From an uncultured Leptospira sp. (lineage in GTDB: Bacteria; Spirochaetota; UBA4802; JAGODF01), in assembly GCA_964502925.1 (NCBI GenBank), contig CAZCYH010000008.1, positions 4,185 to 68,184 on the forward strand: DNA of 64,000 bases, read 5' to 3'. Below the pieces are notes generated by a model. It was not told where the DNA came from. It saw nothing but the letters and a program-made list of their open reading frames with translations, and did not search any database. Every line of letters begins with the position of its first letter. The first letter of the stretch is position 1. Below are positions 46,367 through 54,291 of this stretch, one piece after another. Both the position numbers and the translations under genes were made by a program.

Positions 46367-48526
46367 ATGAAAGCATTTGATGAGCTCCCAATCGCTGGTG
46401 AAAACGCACGAGTCTTGCCGAGGGGCGGATATCTGGTCGATACTCCCGGCGGATATGTGCAGTTCGGCTCACCTCCCGAAACAATAAAGGATACGATGTT
46501 TTTCGAAAAAGGCGTACCGACCGTGTTCGTGCTTCCTTCGCGGCTGTTCAACTGGATAAAAGGCATCAGCGTTGCGGAAATTGAATTTCCTGTGTACTAT
46601 AATTTCTTTATTAAAAAAAGAAAGACACTGGTAATCTGCACAAAAGACCAGCTCAATAATATCAAACGTGTGCTTCAGGAATCACTTTTTGGGCCGCGCA
46701 ATCTCGATGTGAGCAAAGATTTTGTTATCGCTGATGGCATATCCGTTGTACCAGACTTAAAGAAAGAGATGGATTTCTTTCGAAATAATCTGAAACTGTC
46801 GGACCTCATCACCTTCGGTGCTTTTCAGGGAAATCACTATACTGGTGATGATCTCCGCATTGAATCAAATGATGGGAATTTTATCGTCTATTATGATAAG
46901 AAGCGCATTGCAGTGGTGCCGGGACAGATTGCATACACGCCGACATATTTAATCGGCGAACGCCTTCCAGAGCCATATCTGCCACCTCTTTTCAGCATCA
47001 CCTGCCTGGGACCAAGCCACGGCTTTGATCCGAATGAAAACACCTCCGGATTCATCATCTGGCTCAATCATCAGGGGATTATGGTGGACCCTCCGGTCAA
47101 CTCGACTGAGTGGCTCGAGGATTCGAATGTCAATCCCAAACTCATAGACAGCATCATCCTCACGCACTGCCATGCCGACCACGACGCGGGGACATTTCAA
47201 AAGATTCTTGAAGAAGGAAAGGTGACCATTTATACCACCGAGACCGTCATGATGAGTTTTTTGAGAAAATATTCTGCGCTTTCCGGCGTTGCGGTCTCCT
47301 ATCTCATGAAGCTGTTCGATTTTCATCCGGTTCGCATCGGACAGCCGGTGTATATTCATAATGGCCGATTCGATATGTTCTATGCGCTTCACTCTATTCC
47401 CACTATTGGTTTCAGGATGGAATTTCAGGATCAGAGTTTCGTGTATTCTTCCGATCACAATAACGATCCCGAAGTGCACCGGCTTCTTTTTGAAACTGGA
47501 AGAATTAGCAAAGAGCGTTATGATGAGCTTTCGAATTTTCCGTGGAATTCAAAAGTCATTTATCACGAAGCGGGGATTCCACCGCTGCATACGCCTGTGA
47601 AGTATTTAGACTCACTTCCTGATGACATAAAAAAGAGGATTGTGGTGTATCATATCGCACAGAAGGATTTTCCCGAACAGAGCCTTCTTAGGCTTGCGAA
47701 ATTCGGCATAGAAAAAACGCTGACCTTTGAAACCTCGCCGCCGCCCTATCAGGAAGGATGGAAAATTTTGGGGCTTTTGAAACACCAGGACTTTTTCCAC
47801 GATCTGCCGATTGAGAAGGCACAGGAGTTTCTGGGAATTGTCGAGAAAGAAAAATACAAAAAAGGGGAACTCATCATCAAAAAAGGCACAAAAGGAGATA
47901 AGTTCTACATCATTTATTCTGGCAATGTATCCGTCGAAAGCGGAAACCTCGAACAGAAAAAAATTTACGGAACATACGAATATTTCGGCGAGGTGGCGCT
48001 GGTCACCGAACAGAATCGGGCAGCTGATGTGATTGCCGAAACCGATGTGACGCTGTATGCCATTCCCCGGGATAAATTTTTGAATTTCATCATCGGAACG
48101 GAATTTGAGAAGGTGCTCCAGAAACTCGCGCGCATACGCACAAGCGAAACCTGGAATCTATTATCGACAAGCCCATTTTTCCGCCTCTGTACTGCGTCAC
48201 AGAAGACATGGCTTGAATCGATGTTCATACCGATTGAGCGCACCGAAAGAGGGGTGATTCTCAAGGAAGGGCGACCGATTGATTATATGTATATCATCCG
48301 CAGCGGAGAAGTGAAAGTAAGTAAAAAAGGCAGAGATGTGGCGGTGTTAAAAAAAGGAGATTTCATTGAAACCCTCATGAATGTCCACAGCGGAAAACCT
48401 GCGCGCTATACCTATTCGCACGACGGACCTGTTTCTCTCTACGCGATGCCAAGGGATGAAATGTACCGCTTTGCGGAAAAAAATCCGGGCCTTCTCATGA
48501 AGCTCACCTATGAGTTTGCCGAATAG
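46367..48526 (+). CDS. Metallo-beta-lactamase-fold (class II cNMP-phosphodiesterase-like) enzyme fused to two CAP-type cyclic-nucleotide-binding domains
   Basis: 719 aa from ATG 46367 (AGGAAAA RBS). A ~200-aa unknown N-domain. MBL core with CLGPSHGFDPNENTSGFIIW (class II PDE-like start), the LTHCHADHDAG HxHxDH motif, and a distal HEAG…H. Two cNMP-binding domains follow (GELIIKKGTKGDKFYIIYSGNV…FGEVALV… and ILKEGRPIDYMYIIRSGEV…). Confidence 0.75.
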   Translation: MKAFDELPIAGENARVLPRGGYLVDTPGGYVQFGSPPETIKDTMFFEKGVPTVFVLPSRLFNWIKGISVAEIEFPVYYNFFIKKRKTLVICTKDQLNNIKRVLQESLFGPRNLDVSKDFVIADGISVVPDLKKEMDFFRNNLKLSDLITFGAFQGNHYTGDDLRIESNDGNFIVYYDKKRIAVVPGQIAYTPTYLIGERLPEPYLPPLFSITCLGPSHGFDPNENTSGFIIWLNHQGIMVDPPVNSTEWLEDSNVNPKLIDSIILTHCHADHDAGTFQKILEEGKVTIYTTETVMMSFLRKYSALSGVAVSYLMKLFDFHPVRIGQPVYIHNGRFDMFYALHSIPTIGFRMEFQDQSFVYSSDHNNDPEVHRLLFETGRISKERYDELSNFPWNSKVIYHEAGIPPLHTPVKYLDSLPDDIKKRIVVYHIAQKDFPEQSLLRLAKFGIEKTLTFETSPPPYQEGWKILGLLKHQDFFHDLPIEKAQEFLGIVEKEKYKKGELIIKKGTKGDKFYIIYSGNVSVESGNLEQKKIYGTYEYFGEVALVTEQNRAADVIAETDVTLYAIPRDKFLNFIIGTEFEKVLQKLARIRTSETWNLLSTSPFFRLCTASQKTWLESMFIPIERTERGVILKEGRPIDYMYIIRSGEVKVSKKGRDVAVLKKGDFIETLMNVHSGKPARYTYSHDGPVSLYAMPRDEMYRFAEKNPGLLMKLTYEFAE

Positions 48527-48534
48527 CAGGGTGG

Positions 48535-49638
48535 ATGAAGGTGCCAAACCGCTGCAGTATTCTGCTTATTGCCTTTGCATGTGCCTGCACAGTATTTTTG
48601 CAGACTAACGATGCGGAGTCCTCACGCGAAACCAAAAGCAGGCATACGGCAAAAAGGCAGCACCATTCTGAAGCGCATAAAGTTTTCGGCACGAAAAAAA
48701 TACTTTTGTTTTCAAAAACTGAAGTGCAAGTGCCAAAAAATTTTCAACTGCACAAACCATCGCACCAGACGTTTTATGGAACTGATTTCAAACTTGATGT
48801 TTTTTCCCGATCATTTGCACGCGGTGAAGCAGTTTGGTGCGAAGTGGTGCCGTCTTCGGAAGCGCGGAATTCTCTTTCAGTGGAAATCGCCTTTGAAGAT
48901 CAAAAGATACCTCTTGTAAAAAAATCATGGGGTTATGCGGGTATTTTCGCCATACCGCCTGACTCGACAAATGTATGGGCGAATATCAATATCACAGTGC
49001 TCTGTGAAGGCAGAAAAGAAGAATATCATTTCCCCTTTAAAATAACAGAGGTGCAGTTTCCTGTGTATAAAAAAGCGCTGCAGCTTGGAGAGTATTCGGA
49101 TGCGGATGTATTTAAAAAAAAGCCCTGGCTGAAGGAAAAAATCGAGAATGAAATGGCAAAGAAAAAGAAAATATTTTCAAACATTTCACCATATTTGTTT
49201 CTGCCACAGCTTTCTCATCCGAGAGATTATCATAAAATCACTTCGACCTTTTATGCCAGAAGGCTTTATGAACGATACGAAATTGAGAATGGGAAAAAAA
49301 TTATTCGTCGGGCAATGGTATCACCTCATCTGGGCCTCGATGTATGGGGGCCGATAGGTGCACCAGTGTACGCGATGGCGGATGGTAGTGTGGTGCTGGC
49401 CGAAGAAATGTTTTATGAAGGGAATCAGGTGATTATAGACCACGGGGGTGGTGTTTTCACGCGCTATATGCATTTGAGTGAAATTCTTGTACGTGTGGGT
49501 GATGGGGTTCGTGCAGGCAATCCCATTGGAAAAGTCGGTGCTTCAGGCATGGTAACCGGACCGCATTTGCATGTGGGTATTGTAATCAGGGGGGTGTATG
49601 TCGATCCCATGAGCTTACTGTATCTCCCGGTACGATGA
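48535..49638 (+). CDS. M23-family metallopeptidase (LytM-like), secreted
   Basis: 367 aa. Signal peptide. C-terminal M23 blocks (HLGLDVWGPIGAPVYAMADGSVVLA; IIDHGGGVFTRYMHLS; GMVTGPHLHVGIV). Confidence 0.8.
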   Translation: MKVPNRCSILLIAFACACTVFLQTNDAESSRETKSRHTAKRQHHSEAHKVFGTKKILLFSKTEVQVPKNFQLHKPSHQTFYGTDFKLDVFSRSFARGEAVWCEVVPSSEARNSLSVEIAFEDQKIPLVKKSWGYAGIFAIPPDSTNVWANINITVLCEGRKEEYHFPFKITEVQFPVYKKALQLGEYSDADVFKKKPWLKEKIENEMAKKKKIFSNISPYLFLPQLSHPRDYHKITSTFYARRLYERYEIENGKKIIRRAMVSPHLGLDVWGPIGAPVYAMADGSVVLAEEMFYEGNQVIIDHGGGVFTRYMHLSEILVRVGDGVRAGNPIGKVGASGMVTGPHLHVGIVIRGVYVDPMSLLYLPVR

Positions 49639-49769
49639 GAAAAGCGGAGTATGCCAAAGTTCAAAGAATTGCAATATCGAGAATCAATTTGCTGAAGCAA
49701 TATTTTTATGCTTGAAGATTCGCAGTCGTTTTTGTACAATGAGAAATACCGCATAAAAGGAATATGTAT

Positions 49770-50522
49770 ATGAGAACAATCGCCATATCGAACAATAAGG
49801 GCGGAGTGGGGAAGACGACCAGCACGGTGAATATCGCAGCGGCTCTTCAAATTTTGGGCCATAAAGTGCTGGTCATCGATATCGATCACCAGGCGCAATC
49901 GACATATCATCTGGGGATCGATCCGAACAAAGTACAATATTCAGTGTATGATGTAATGAGTGGCGAGGTGGATTATAATAAAATAATCGTGGATCGAAAC
50001 GGACTTTTTGTTCTGCCGGCAAATACATCTCTTCGTAATATTGAATTTCTCCCAGTTCCCGCAAAGGAATTTCTGCTTCGCGAAGCACTCGAAGGCATAA
50101 ACGGATACGATTATGTGCTCATAGACTGCCCGCCTTCGCTCGGAGTGTTGACGCTGAATGCCCTCTCATTTTCAATGGAAGTAATCATCCCTCTACAGGT
50201 GCAGTTTCTGCCTTTTCATGGAATGTACAATCTCTTTGAAGCGCTCGATATGGTGAAAAAACGCTTGAACCGAAATATTCAGGTTTGCGGTATTATCGGA
50301 ACGATGTTCAGTCCGAAGAAAGAAATCAATAGGGAAGTGCTTGAGGAAACAGAAAAACGGTTGCCGGGAAAACTTTTTAAAACGCTGATTCGAGAGCATA
50401 CAGCTCTGCAGGAAGCTCCAAGCTGGGGGAAAACCATTTTCGAATACAAGCCCGAAAGCCCCGGCGCAAAGGACTACATGAATCTTGCAAAAGAAATCGT
50501 AGAACGAAGTACTGAGCAATGA
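49770..50522 (+). CDS. ParA/Soj-family ATPase (orphan; no parB seen)
   Basis: About 250 aa. Deviant Walker A SNNKGGVGKTTSTVNIAAAL, LVIDIDHQAQST, and LIDCPPSLG. Confidence 0.85.
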   Translation: MRTIAISNNKGGVGKTTSTVNIAAALQILGHKVLVIDIDHQAQSTYHLGIDPNKVQYSVYDVMSGEVDYNKIIVDRNGLFVLPANTSLRNIEFLPVPAKEFLLREALEGINGYDYVLIDCPPSLGVLTLNALSFSMEVIIPLQVQFLPFHGMYNLFEALDMVKKRLNRNIQVCGIIGTMFSPKKEINREVLEETEKRLPGKLFKTLIREHTALQEAPSWGKTIFEYKPESPGAKDYMNLAKEIVERSTEQ

Positions 50523-50566
50523 AATTGAGGCGGCTGAGAAGAATATCGAAATATTGAGAGGAAAAG

Positions 50567-50749
50567 ATGGCTTCGGGGAAACAGGAACTTTTACAGGTAC
50601 TGCATTCGGCACATGCCGAGGTAGAGCGCTTCGTAGTTGATGCAGAACGCCGCGATTTTGATGCGGTGAGTATCGATTATGCAATGCGCGTGCTTGCGGA
50701 TATTGAAGAGAAGTTGCGATTGTGCATTGAGAAAGCCGAAAGCCTCTGA
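50567..50749 (+). CDS. Hypothetical small helical protein (60 aa)
   Basis: GAGAGGAAAAG RBS. An acidic helical peptide with no identifiable family. It lies immediately downstream of the ParA-like gene. Confidence 0.35.
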   Translation: MASGKQELLQVLHSAHAEVERFVVDAERRDFDAVSIDYAMRVLADIEEKLRLCIEKAESL

Positions 50750-50791
50750 TATGCAATTCAACTGTATTTTTCTCAGATAACAAAGACTATC

Positions 50792-51598
50792 ATGGATGGA
50801 AATTCTATTCTTCGCGCATTTGCACTCACCACGCTGGCGGGTCTTTCAACCGGCATCGGTAGCGCTATTTCCGTGGTGGCTCATCGAACAAATAAAAAAT
50901 TCCTCTCTCTCGCTCTCGGTTTTTCCGCAGGGGTTATGATTTATATTTCTTTTGTTGAAATTTTGGCAGAGTCGCGAAACGCAATCGCAGAAGTTGTTGG
51001 TGTCTCGAAGGCAGGATGGTATGCAACTGCAGCATTTTTCGGCGGCATCTGTATCATCGCCCTTATCGACAGGCTTGTTCCTGAAGCTGAGAATCCGCAT
51101 GAAATGCGCATGGTTGAAGATATATGCGATTCAGGCTGTAAAGAGCACAGGTTGATGCGCATGGGAATTCTCTCCGCGCTGGCAATCGCGATTCATAATT
51201 TTCCGGAGGGGATTGTTACGTTTATTACTTCAATAAATGATGCATCGCTTGGACTCGCAATTGCAATTGCGATTGCCATTCACAATGTTCCCGAAGGCAT
51301 TGCAGTTGCGGTTCCCATATATTTTGCCACCGGAAGCCGTAAAAAGGCGTTTTTCTACTCGTTTTTATCCGGAATTTCAGAACCAGTAGGCGCATTGCTT
51401 GCCTTTGCCGTACTTTTTATTTTTTTTAACAAGCTTATGATTGGCGCATTTATGGGAATGGTTGCGGGCATTATGGTGTTTATATCGCTCGACGAGCTTC
51501 TACCAGCCGCGCGGGAATACGGGGAGCCGCACAGAGCCATTTATGGTCTGGTGTTTGGCATGCTCGTGATGGCGGTGAGCCTTCTTCTCCTCCATTGA
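50792..51598 (+). CDS. zupT: ZIP-family zinc transporter ZupT
   Basis: 268 aa. HNFPEGIVTF and HNVPEGIAVAVPIY metal-binding motifs. About 8 TM helices. Confidence 0.85.
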   Translation: MDGNSILRAFALTTLAGLSTGIGSAISVVAHRTNKKFLSLALGFSAGVMIYISFVEILAESRNAIAEVVGVSKAGWYATAAFFGGICIIALIDRLVPEAENPHEMRMVEDICDSGCKEHRLMRMGILSALAIAIHNFPEGIVTFITSINDASLGLAIAIAIAIHNVPEGIAVAVPIYFATGSRKKAFFYSFLSGISEPVGALLAFAVLFIFFNKLMIGAFMGMVAGIMVFISLDELLPAAREYGEPHRAIYGLVFGMLVMAVSLLLLH

Positions 51599-51741
51599 AA
51601 ATCCGTTTGCTTTTTTTTTCGCATTTCGCAGGTAGCATTACTTCCAGAAAGATTTTTCCTTCCCGGAAGACAATTCCGCCGCTATTTTTTCACGAATATT
51701 CATCAGTGAAGGATAGCGGCGGCAGGTCAATAGTAGGTCTT

Positions 51742-51846
51742 TTACTTGCTTTTCTTTGTAGTTTTTTTCGCAGTGCTCTTCTTTGCCGCAGTTTTCTTCG
51801 TAGTAGTTTTCTTTGCGGCTTTCTTCGTGGTTGTAGCTTTCGGCAT
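51742..51846 (-). CDS. Small lysine-rich basic protein, histone-H1-tail-like (34 aa; not in the supplied ORF track)
   Basis: Minus-strand ATG (complement of 51844-51846) with AAGGAG 6 nt upstream. It translates to MPKATTTKKAAKKTTTKKTAAKKSTAKKTTKKSK followed by a stop. The plus-strand 88-aa track ORF over the same DNA is a low-complexity artefact. Confidence 0.45.
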   Translation of the reverse strand: MPKATTTKKAAKKTTTKKTAAKKSTAKKTTKKSK

Positions 51847-51873
51847 GTCGGTCTCCTTTGAGTTTAATTAGAA

Positions 51874-51922
51874 AAATTAAACGTCTTTCTTTGAAATTAA
51901 ACGTCTTTCTTTGCTTTCTTTG
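51874..51922. repeat. Perfect 20-bp tandem direct repeat x2 (AAATTAAACGTCTTTCTTTG) plus partial third copy, in the upstream region of the small K-rich ORF
   Basis: Copy 1 at 51874-51893 and copy 2 at 51894-51913 are identical. CTTTCTTTG at 51914-51922 is a partial third copy. Confidence 0.8.
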
Positions 51923-51962
51923 TTTACTATCGGAAAGGGGCGAAAATTTTTCAATTACTTTT

Positions 51963-52655
51963 CTATTTTTCTAAAATAATGTTTTGCAATTCGTCTTCAT
52001 CGTCGTGTAATTTCGGAAAATGTTTCGCTAAAATTTTTCCGCACGCATCGATTGCGTCACAGATTCCACCGATTACATTCCCCTTTTTAATCTGGATTGC
52101 GAGAGCATCGGTGATATTTTTCCATTCTGAATTTGAAACGAGCCTTGAAATGCCCACATCGGCAATCACAGTGACGCGCTTTTCAAAAAGTGAAACGAAA
52201 ATGAGAAGGCCGTTTCGATCTTTTGTTTTATCCAGGCCGTGGAGTTTGAATGCGGTGTGCGATGTTTCCCTCACCTGCTCTGAAATTTCAGTGCGCGAAA
52301 GAAATATTTTTTTCAATGCAGGCACTTTTTTTGTAAGAAGAATGAAAATTGGGATAAAAAACAGAAAAACAATAAGAAAAACAACAAAAGACGCGAGTTG
52401 TTCTACAAGATAGGTGTGAAAAAAATCAAGAATTACTGTTGAAGGCCTTTCTATAAGCATTAAAGTGATTGTGATGACTGCGCTTATTGTGAGCGCATAG
52501 ACCAAGGAAGATAAAAAGGTTGCCGCAGGATATGGGGAACATGACGCGACGATCATCGGCACGATTTCTCCTGATGTAGCGCTTTCAGCTTTTTTTACTG
52601 CTGAAATGATGGTTTCCTGCTCTTCTTTCGAGAGCAATTGCGCATTTTTTTTCAT
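51963..52655 (-). CDS. TPM-domain (YgcG-like) membrane protein
   Basis: About 230 aa from ATG 52655 (MKKNAQLLSKEEQETIISAVKKAESATSGEIVPMIV, the typical TPM start). A TPM fold block (…RNGLLIFVSLFEKRVTVIADVGI…) precedes a C-terminal TM region. Confidence 0.7.
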   Translation of the reverse strand: MKKNAQLLSKEEQETIISAVKKAESATSGEIVPMIVASCSPYPAATFLSSLVYALTISAVITITLMLIERPSTVILDFFHTYLVEQLASFVVFLIVFLFFIPIFILLTKKVPALKKIFLSRTEISEQVRETSHTAFKLHGLDKTKDRNGLLIFVSLFEKRVTVIADVGISRLVSNSEWKNITDALAIQIKKGNVIGGICDAIDACGKILAKHFPKLHDDEDELQNIILEK

Positions 52656-52677
52656 TTTTCGCCTCGCATTCGTGTGA

Positions 52678-53577
52678 TCACCAGTCGCTTGATGCGCCGC
52701 CTCCGCCAAAATCGCCGCCACCGCCACTCCAGCTATCGCTTGAACTGCTGCTGTATGAGCTTGAACTCCAGGAATCGTCCGGGTATCCGCCGTATGATGA
52801 CGAACCTGATGAAGATTTAACTGAGTGTCCGATCATTCCAAAGATTAATCCCAAAATTCCACCCAGAAGCATTCCAGGAATTATCAGCACTGCATCAAAC
52901 GCGGTGCTGAGAAAAAGAAGAGGAGGTGTAAAAAAAGCTCCGGCGATGATTGCGGCATAATTTTTTCGATAACCAATTACAATGAGGGCTGCTATGAGCG
53001 CAATCCATCCAAAGATGCTGAAAACATCTCCAACAGATGTTCTGTTCTGGCGCGATGGCCGTCGTATTGGCGCGTCCGATGCCCGGTACTCGCCCCGCAC
53101 CGCCTGAATGATGCCATCAACTCCCTGAATGAAGCCCTGATCGAAGTTTCCTGCCTTAAAGTGCGGCCGCACTTCACGGTCTAAAATCTTCCCCGCCAGA
53201 ATATCGGTAAGCACGCCTTCAAGGCCATATCCCACTTCTATGCGCATTTTTCGATTTTCTTTTGCCACCAAAAAAATCACGCCATTGTTGAGTTTCTGCT
53301 GGCCGATTTTCCATTTTTTCGCCACTTCCATTGAATATTCTTCAATGGTGACGCCCTGCAGGTCAGTGACCGTGAGAATGGCTATTTGCGTGGAATCAGT
53401 TTGTTCGAGTTTTGCGAGTTTGGCATCAAGCTGCTGGCGCACGGGTGGGGAAATCATGTGTGCATAATCGTTCACTCTTCCTAAAAGTGGGGGGATTTCG
53501 AGAGCGAAAAGCGCACAGTGGATAAAGTTTAAAACGACGGACAACCCGAGCATGGTAGCGAAACGGCATTTCATCAT
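52678..53577 (-). CDS. TPM-domain (TLP18.3/Psb32/MOLO-1-like) protein with C-terminal TM helices and Gly/Ser-rich tail
   Basis: 299 aa. Signal peptide. TPM blocks (VNDYAHMISPPVRQQLDAKLAKLEQTDSTQIAILTV; NNGVIFLVAKENRKMRIEVGYGLEGVLTD). The tail reads SSSGSSSYGGYPDDSW…GGGGDFGGGGASSDW. Confidence 0.8.
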   Translation of the reverse strand: MMKCRFATMLGLSVVLNFIHCALFALEIPPLLGRVNDYAHMISPPVRQQLDAKLAKLEQTDSTQIAILTVTDLQGVTIEEYSMEVAKKWKIGQQKLNNGVIFLVAKENRKMRIEVGYGLEGVLTDILAGKILDREVRPHFKAGNFDQGFIQGVDGIIQAVRGEYRASDAPIRRPSRQNRTSVGDVFSIFGWIALIAALIVIGYRKNYAAIIAGAFFTPPLLFLSTAFDAVLIIPGMLLGGILGLIFGMIGHSVKSSSGSSSYGGYPDDSWSSSSYSSSSSDSWSGGGGDFGGGGASSDW

Positions 53578-53586
53578 TGTGCAATC

Positions 53587-54180
53587 CTAAAATTGAACTT
53601 TCGGAGCCGCTTTCGAGCCTTCATCGGCTTTGAAATACTCTTTTTTCTCGAGTTTCAACAGAAGCGAATTGGTAATTGAATAGGGAAATTTTCGAATAGA
53701 ATAATTGAATGTTGCTACCGCATCGTTGTAGCGCTGTCGTGCCACAGAAATTCTGTTTTCCGTGCCTTCGAGCTGATGCTGAAGCCCTCGAAAATGCTCA
53801 TTTGCTTTGAGATCGGGATATTTTTCCACAATGACCATGAGTTTTGCCAGCGCCGCGGAAAGCTCGCCCTGCACGCGGGAAAAGGCGGCCATTGCCCTGG
53901 GGTCGGTTAACATCTCGGGGCGAAGCTGTATTGACGTTGCTTTCGCACGCGCTTCAATGACGGCCGTGAGCGTTTCTTTTTCGTGTTTTGCATAGCCTTT
54001 GACTACTTCGACGAGATTCGGAATGAGGTCGGCACGGCGCTGGAGCTGGGATTCAATGTCGGCCCATGCTTTCATCACCGCTTCTTCATTGGCCTGCATT
54101 ACGTTGTAGCCGCAGGAAGCGGAAAGTGCCACAGCGAGGCACGCAAGCATAATGGAAAAACTCCGTGTGAGTGATTTCAT
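53587..54180 (-). CDS. LemA-family protein
   Basis: 197 aa. N-terminal anchor plus the LemA core ([37 protein letters not shown]…[18 protein letters not shown]). Confidence 0.85.
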   Translation of the reverse strand: MKSLTRSFSIMLACLAVALSASCGYNVMQANEEAVMKAWADIESQLQRRADLIPNLVEVVKGYAKHEKETLTAVIEARAKATSIQLRPEMLTDPRAMAAFSRVQGELSAALAKLMVIVEKYPDLKANEHFRGLQHQLEGTENRISVARQRYNDAVATFNYSIRKFPYSITNSLLLKLEKKEYFKADEGSKAAPKVQF

Positions 54181-54291
54181 AGCACAATGACATCCTTTTT
54201 TTTAAGAATATTCGATATTTCTTTCACTCACTAATATACAATAGGAATATACAATTGTCAAGGGATGTTGCAAAATTGAATTAAAACAATT

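Noticed and set aside
46949-47479. 176-aa minus-strand ORF
   Set aside because: It is antisense to the MBL/PDE-like domain.
51595-51861. 88-aa plus-strand ORF with repetitive Phe/Leu/Arg/Ser sequence
   Set aside because: It is a low-complexity translation of the strand opposite the K-rich mini-ORF. The minus-strand reading has an RBS and a coherent basic peptide.
51874-51922. CRISPR array?
   Set aside because: There are only 2.5 copies of a 20-mer in direct tandem with no spacers. No other CRISPR-like repeat-spacer periodicity was seen in the window.
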